Shown here: positions 57,402-64,000 of the stretch, piece by piece
Numbering within the stretch: position 1 is the stretch's first letter
Layout: each line of letters begins with the position of its first letter
Assembly: GCA_977017575.1 (NCBI GenBank)
Contig: CDRNVI010000178.1
Coordinates: 1-64,000 of the forward strand
DNA length: 64,000 nucleotides
Source of the DNA: Paramoeba atlantica
Taxonomy: Eukaryota > Protista > Discosea
Direction of reading: 5' to 3'
Translations under genes and position numbers: made by a program
The notes under the pieces: generated by a model
Told to the model about the DNA's origin: nothing
Databases searched by the model: none
What the model saw: only the letters and a program-made list of their open reading frames with translations

Positions 57402-59091
57402 ATGGCTCAAAGTGATGGTGAAGTCGTTATCTCGTCTGATGACGATATTCAAGTCATCGATCTCACTCGAAGTTCGGAGGATGATGAAGAAGATTACAGT
57501 TCCTCCGATGAGGAAGAAGAAAAAGGTCTTGGTCTTGGTGACCAACAAGAGGGAAAAGGTCGAAATGATGGGTTAGAGTTCAATACATTTACGACTGAAT
57601 CGTGCTTTGATTCTTGGAGACGACGAAATCTCTCTCAAAAATCATCTCCTCCACCAAATGATCACCTCCAGACGAAGAAAAAATCGAAATCTCTTCCAAA
57701 CTACCCCGAGGTTGCGGTGAAAAAACGGCTGGATGATGATCGCCTTCCAGAAAGAACTTGTACAATTCTCCACGAAGAAATTCAATCATTATATCAGGTT
57801 CTCGCTCCAAATCGAAGAGACCATTTTTGTCGGAGCGATCTCTTTCGAAGAATCTCAAAAATAATCAAATCCCTCTGGCCTTATGCTGAAGTTCAGTTAT
57901 TTGGGAGTTCTGCGGTTGACCTCTATCTTCCTTGTAGTGACGTTGATCTTGTGGTGAAGAATGTTGACCCCACGAAGAATAATATGTATTCTCTGGCAAG
58001 AAGACTTAAACCTTCTGGGTTAGTGAAGAATACGGTAGTCATCACAGGAGCGAAAGTTCCACTCGTCAAGTGTGTATCAACAATGGATTCAGAGATTGGA
58101 ATCGATATTTCTTTCAGTCATTTTACTGGTGTTGATATGATCTCTCAAATTCACACTTATACGAAAATGTACTCGAACGTCCTGGAGCCACTCCTCTTTT
58201 TTCTGAAACTTTATCTCTTGAGACGAAATCTCAATGAGCCCTTTTCTGGTAAAGTTTTTTCTTTTTTCTGACAAAAAATATTTTTTCTTCTTTTGAGGAT
58301 ATCTTTTTTTTGCCCTTTTTTTCAATTGACTGACTTTTTCTTTTTTAAAAGGCGGATTAAGTTCGTTTGGGACCCTCCTTTTCCTTGTCAGTTTCTTTCA
58401 ACAATATCGCAACTTTCGAAATTGGTCCCCTGACAATCCTCCAGATATCACCACTGCGAGCTTAGGAAGTCTACTTGTTGATTTTTTGGATCTCTATGGA
58501 AGAAAGTTTAACTATCATACAACTGGGATTTCCACCTGGGGTGATGGGTTCTATTTCCCAAGACCAACAACAGTAACAGCGAAGAGCCCAGACAATCCTT
58601 ATATTCTCGATCCTCTCGACTCTGATAATAATGTGACAAGAAGCACGACCCAGATCGATCTGATTCGCTCTGAGTTTGCCGAATCTTACTTTGATTTAAT
58701 TCAATTGCGGAAGGGTAAAAAAGGAGCAGGATCGCCCCCCACGCGTGATCATATCCGATACGTCCTCAGATCAAAAATTCTGTTACTTGGACATCTTCCA
58801 AAGGATGGGGATTTAAATCGTGATTTAATTTTCTTTCATTCATCGATCAAACAAACAACACCAATTCTTCTCCCAGACTTTTCCTCATTAACAACGAAGA
58901 AAGATGTGAAACGGAAGAGAGGATCACAACAACAACAACAACAACAAGTGGCTCAAAAACGACGAAAATTTTCTTCAACCCCTCCTCCGAGCAGACCACC
59001 TCCACCACAGTTTAAAAAACAAAAGTTTGAAGAAAGAAAGCAACAACAACAAGCCAAAAAAACAAGATTTTTTCAAAAAAAATCAAAATAA
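57402..59091 (+). CDS. Non-canonical poly(A) polymerase, TRF4/PAPD5-7 family (one intron ~58251-58350)
   Basis: FGSS...LYLPCSDVDLV; AKVPLVK, IDISF; NEPFS|GGLSSF; DFLDLYGRKFNY; ILDPLD.DNNV. Confidence 0.88.
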
Positions 59092-59182
59092 TTATTAACT
59101 GTCCTTTTAAAAAAACTAATTTTGATTACAAATCAAGATGTTTTAATAATATTGATACAACAACAAATCCCTTTTTTCCTTT

Positions 59183-60068
<886 letters not shown>

Positions 60069-60364
60069 ATGGAAAGAAGGAAAGAAAGAAAGAAAGAAGA
60101 AGATCAGCGAAGGCTGAACAGAAGGACAGAAAGAAAAAACAAGGATAAAACTCGCGCTCCCTTCATCAAAAGCGATAGAACTTTTTTAATTTTTTTGAGG
60201 GTGAAAAAACAATGATTCAGAAAATCAAAAAATATGGAAAAAGTATGGTCTTTTCAGGCTCTTTTTTGGATGGTGGTGCGAACAACGAGTTGGTTACTTT
60301 TCCCCAAACAACACCCTTCAGTTGAGAAAGTCGAGAGCCATTTTATTGTTTTCTCCCAAACAAA

Positions 60365-62619
60365 ATGGCTCTTCTTGCTGCAACATTGCCAGCTCCACAG
60401 AGATACTCTGATCTTAAAACGTATTCGAATGATAATGACGAAATCAGCCTGAGGAAAGGAAAAGATCCATATCCCCCTTATGGTCAACGACAAGGATTTC
60501 GACCTCGTGCAGAGGAGGACTTTGGGGATGGAGGAGCGTTCCCAGAGATTCACATGTCCCAATTTCCTTTGGGAATGGGTCGGAAAGAAAAATCTTCCAC
60601 TGCTCTCGTTCCAGTAACTCTTGATTCAGATGGTCAGATCAAACACGAAGCGATCTTAGGTCATCGACCTGGACAACGTGTGGTTGCGAATCCGAATGAC
60701 CTCATCCCTTCGACTTCAGTGGAGGTGAAACCCCATCCTGATGAAGAAGAGATCGCAAAAGTTACTCAAGAAACTCGTGCTGCACTTGAAGAGCGGATTG
60801 CCACTAAAATTGCCGCAGCCAAACCATCTCGACCAGAGATTGCGAGTCAAAAGCCAGAGTACATCAGGTATACTCCTGGAAATCAAGATAGCCAGTATAA
60901 TAGTGGTGCATCCAATCGTTTAATTCGTGTTGTTGAAGCACCGATTGATCCTCTTGAACCACCCAAATTCAAACACAAGAAAGTGCCTCGTGGTCCTCCT
61001 TCTCCTCCACCTCCAGTTATGCATTCCCCTCCCCGAAAACTTTCACAAAAGGACGTAGCTGATTGGAAAATTCCCCCTTGTGTTTCAAATTGGAAGAATC
61101 CCAAAGGTTTTTTTCTTATTCTTTTTTTTTTTTTTCAATTCAAAAAAAAAAATAATTAATAAATATTTATTTGTGATGAATATTAAATAACTTCTTTTAA
61201 TTTTCAGGTTATACCATTCCCTTGGATAAAAGGCTTGCTGCTGATGGTCGTGGATTGCAACAAATTCAAATCAATGATAATTTCGCGAAACTCTCGGAAA
61301 GTTTGGTCATTGCTGAGAGAAATGCCAGAGAAGCTGTTTCTCATCGAAACAAAATCAGGGAAGCTGTTGCAAAGAACAAGATCCAACAAAAGGAAGAATT
61401 ACTTCGAGAAATTGCTTTGAAAACTCAAGAAGAACGAACAATGTCTCTCTCACAAACGAACCAGCGAGATCAAAATCCGCCGCCGAGGCAGCGGTCTGGT
61501 GGTGCTTTTGATGATGATGATGATAGTCCAATTGGGGCTCCTCGTCGTCGTCGTGATATTGAGAGTGATGAAGAGTCTGATGATGATGATCGTTATGATA
61601 GTGATGATTCTCCTTCTTCTCCCCAACAAAGAAAAAGAAGATCCTCCTCCTCATCATCACCTTCTTTTGATGATGACGATGTTGGAGATCGAAGTGTCTC
61701 TGCTAAAGAAAAACGAGATATGATTCGAAAGGAAAGAGAGAGAGAAAGAGAAAGAGAAAGACGGATGGAAGCAATGGGGAAAAAAACAAAAGCTATGAGA
61801 GATTCTGAGAGAGATATTAGCGAGAAAATTGCATTAGGACAGAAGGCACCTGCCACAAAGAGAGACACCCAATACGATGCTCGCCTCTTTTCTCAAAATG
61901 AAGGAATGAATTCTGGTTTTGGAGCTGAGGATGATTATAATTTATATGACAAGCCTCTTCTTCGTGGAAGTAGCGCTAATACTCTCTACCGACCCCGTGC
62001 AGGTGATTCTGATGTTTATGGAAGTTCTAATGAGATGTCCAAATTACTTGACACCAAGAAGTTTAAGCCGTCTCGTGATTTTGACGGGGTTGATCGTTCT
62101 CAACACACCGAGAGATCTGGTCCTGTTCAATTTGAAAAAGTTTCCTCTGGTGGTGGTGGTGGTGGTGCAGCTGAACCTGATGTTGATGATCCCTTTGGAT
62201 TGGATGAGTTTATCAGTGAAGCAAAAGCAAAACCTCTCGATCATATTGGACAACGAGGACAACTCCACGCTGGTGCTGCTGGGGGGGAAGGTCAATCAGG
62301 GGCAAAAAGAAGTCGAGTGGAATTTGAGGAAGAAAAGGTTCAACCCAATGAGAGGGAACGAGATCGAGGAGGGCGTGGAAGAGACAGGGATCGAGATAGA
62401 GATCGAGGTAGAGACAGCAGAGACAGAGACAGAGACAGAGACAGAGACAGAGACAGAGACAGAGACAGAGACAGAGACAGAGACAGAGACAGAGATCGAA
62501 ACAGGGACAAAGATAGAGACAGATACAGAGATAGAGACAGAGATCAAGATAGGGAGAGAAGTCGTGGATCTTATGATTATGATGATCGAAAAAAAAGGAG
62601 GCGTCGAGATGATTATTAA
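60365..62619 (+). CDS. SNW1: SNW domain splicing factor SKIP/Prp45; intron 61107-61207
   Basis: FGDGGAFPEIH, DPLEPPKFKHKKVPRGPPSPP, WKIPPCVSNWKNPK|GYTIPLDKRLAADGRGL, RDISEKIALG, YDARLF. Confidence 0.96.
62424..62492 (+). repeat. (GAGACA)n hexamer repeat encoding the Arg-Asp dipeptide tail of SNW1
   Basis: Direct reading; translates as RDRDRD in the SNW1 frame. Confidence 0.85.
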
Positions 62620-62634
62620 TGTGAATTGAAATGA

Positions 62635-63171
62635 TCAGTACCCCTCATTGAGCCAATGAAGAAGTTCCTTTCGGTGTTGTTCCCTCTCTTTCATTTCTTT
62701 TGTTTTCTTTCTCTTGAGTTGGAGTTTTTTCCCTGAAATTGCGCTTCTTTGATGATTTTCGTCTTCTGATTCGTCGTCAGTTCCATGTTGCGAGTGAAAT
62801 TCCGATAACTTCATTGATCCCTTCTTCTTCTTGTCCTTCATGTCCTTCTTTTTCTTTCTTGCTTTCTTTTCCTTCTTTTCTTTCTTCTTCCTCTTTCTAT
62901 ATTCTTCCTCACTATCTGATGACGATGACAGAGTCTTCTTTCTTCTTTTCTCCGCTGACCCGCTTTTTCTCTCATCCCTCTTTCTCTTTCTGTGGGAGGA
63001 AGAATGTCTTTTGGAAGAAGAACGATCATCATCATCAGCTGACGAAAGCTCAGAATCAGAAGAGTCGGAGACATACTTTGTTGTTTTTGTTTTTTTTCTT
63101 TTCTTATGACTTTCTTGGACTTCTTCAGAATGATTTCCACTCGAGAATCGACGTTCCTTTGAATGGCTCAT
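62635..63171 (-). CDS. Lys/Ser/Arg-rich low-complexity nuclear-type protein with a conserved-looking C-terminus
   Basis: 178-aa ORF; C-terminal RSAISGKKLQLK..E..RKELLHWLNEGY helix; family not named. Confidence 0.6.
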   Translation of the reverse strand: MSHSKERRFSSGNHSEEVQESHKKRKKTKTTKYVSDSSDSELSSADDDDRSSSKRHSSSHRKRKRDERKSGSAEKRRKKTLSSSSDSEEEYRKRKKKEKKEKKARKKKKDMKDKKKKGSMKLSEFHSQHGTDDESEDENHQRSAISGKKLQLKRKKTKEMKEREQHRKELLHWLNEGY

Positions 63172-63506
63172 TTTTTTTGTTTTTTGTTTTTTGTTTTTTG
63201 TTTTTTGTTTTTCTTTTCGAACTTTTTGAAGGAAAGAAAATGGTCGCTTTTTTAGAGCTCTTCTTTTAAGATAAAAACACCCCCAAATTTTTATGTATTA
63301 GCCCCGCTGAGGTACTGGTCTTTTTTGATTTTTTTAAAGCGGAGAAAAGTAAACAAAAAGGAAATGTAGCTTATTCGGTGAATCTGATGAAACGGTTAAA
63401 AAGACCGCTTTTTTCCTTGTTCGTCTCTCTTTTTCTGAACGCAAACCTTTTTTTTGTGTGGTGTGCATTTCGGTGATTGAAACAAAAATCAAAAGAACGA
63501 AAAAAG

Positions 63507-63818
63507 ATGGCCGGAGGACAACAAACTATGGTTGAGTTGACAGTTGGTGATGAGGGAGATAAACAACCAAACTTGGTTGAACAACAAATTGATCTTTCAA
63601 ACCTCTCGGAGGCGGATCAAGAATTTTACCGAAAGTATGGGCGGCTCCCAAACAGTGCCGCTCTTATGAAACGAAGGGAGGTGAACAAGAACCAGTTCGA
63701 TTCTGCTGACTATTTTATGGCTGCTGAGAAAGCCAAATCTGGTCAATCTGGTGAAAAAGCTCCCCCAAAATCTCTCCCACCTCACATGCGCAAGAAAGTC
63801 CCTCCTCATCTCCGATGA
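63507..63818 (+). CDS. Endosulfine/ARPP19/Igo-family PP2A-B55 inhibitor
   Basis: KYGRLP and FDSADY (Greatwall/Rim15 phospho-site) motifs. Confidence 0.85.
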   Translation: MAGGQQTMVELTVGDEGDKQPNLVEQQIDLSNLSEADQEFYRKYGRLPNSAALMKRREVNKNQFDSADYFMAAEKAKSGQSGEKAPPKSLPPHMRKKVPPHLR

Positions 63819-64000
63819 AGCTCTTCTCTCTCTCTCTCTTTCTATTCCCCTCTTTTTTCTTTTCCCCCTCTTTCGCCAACTCTCCCTTTCTCCTCACTCT
63901 TCATTTCTCTCTCGATTCGTTTGCCCTTCCTCAGCGAGATGACCGATTTTTCTCGATTTGGGGGAGCGATTCCTCCGGGATGTGATTTGTGTGTGTTTGG

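Noticed and set aside
62424-62492. Regular repeats as a CRISPR or telomeric array (also AAATC at 16109)
   Set aside because: Simple microsatellites without spacers, located in a CDS or intron

Overview
Gene-dense, AT-rich eukaryotic nuclear DNA with many short (~60-150 nt) T-rich spliceosomal introns. I annotate about 27 protein genes, one intronic tRNA-Ile(AAT) and one decayed DNA transposon. The content (Sla2/HIP1-like THATCH protein, several Rho GAP/GEF genes, a Clu-domain protein, an FHA-forkhead factor, Twinkle, endosulfine) fits an amoebozoan-type protist, but the species cannot be proven from sequence alone. Housekeeping genes are Twinkle, RAD51, CDC16/APC6, a HERP-like gene, a TRF4-like gene, UBC13, SNW1 and endosulfine. 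Accessory features: (i) three intronless PhnP-like metallo-beta-lactamase paralogues with a gene-conversion tract; (ii) a predicted GPI-anchored choice-of-anchor-I beta-propeller whose conserved acidic residues are systematically replaced; (iii) a head-to-head pair of secreted S1/P1 nucleases; (iv) a Pmp-like beta-helix surface protein; (v) a 1.4-kb tandem duplication of an orphan gene. One copy of that duplication carries a 1878-bp pogo/Fot-like (DD35D) transposon with 50-bp TIRs and an unusual 3-bp ACA target duplication, shown by the empty site in the sister copy. Its transposase is broken by four TGA stops, probably CGA>TGA, and one frameshift. Most inferred introns start GTT rather than GTRAG, and many end in A/C-rich tracts. 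Exon boundaries and family assignments were made by eye and need RNA-seq/HMM confirmation.
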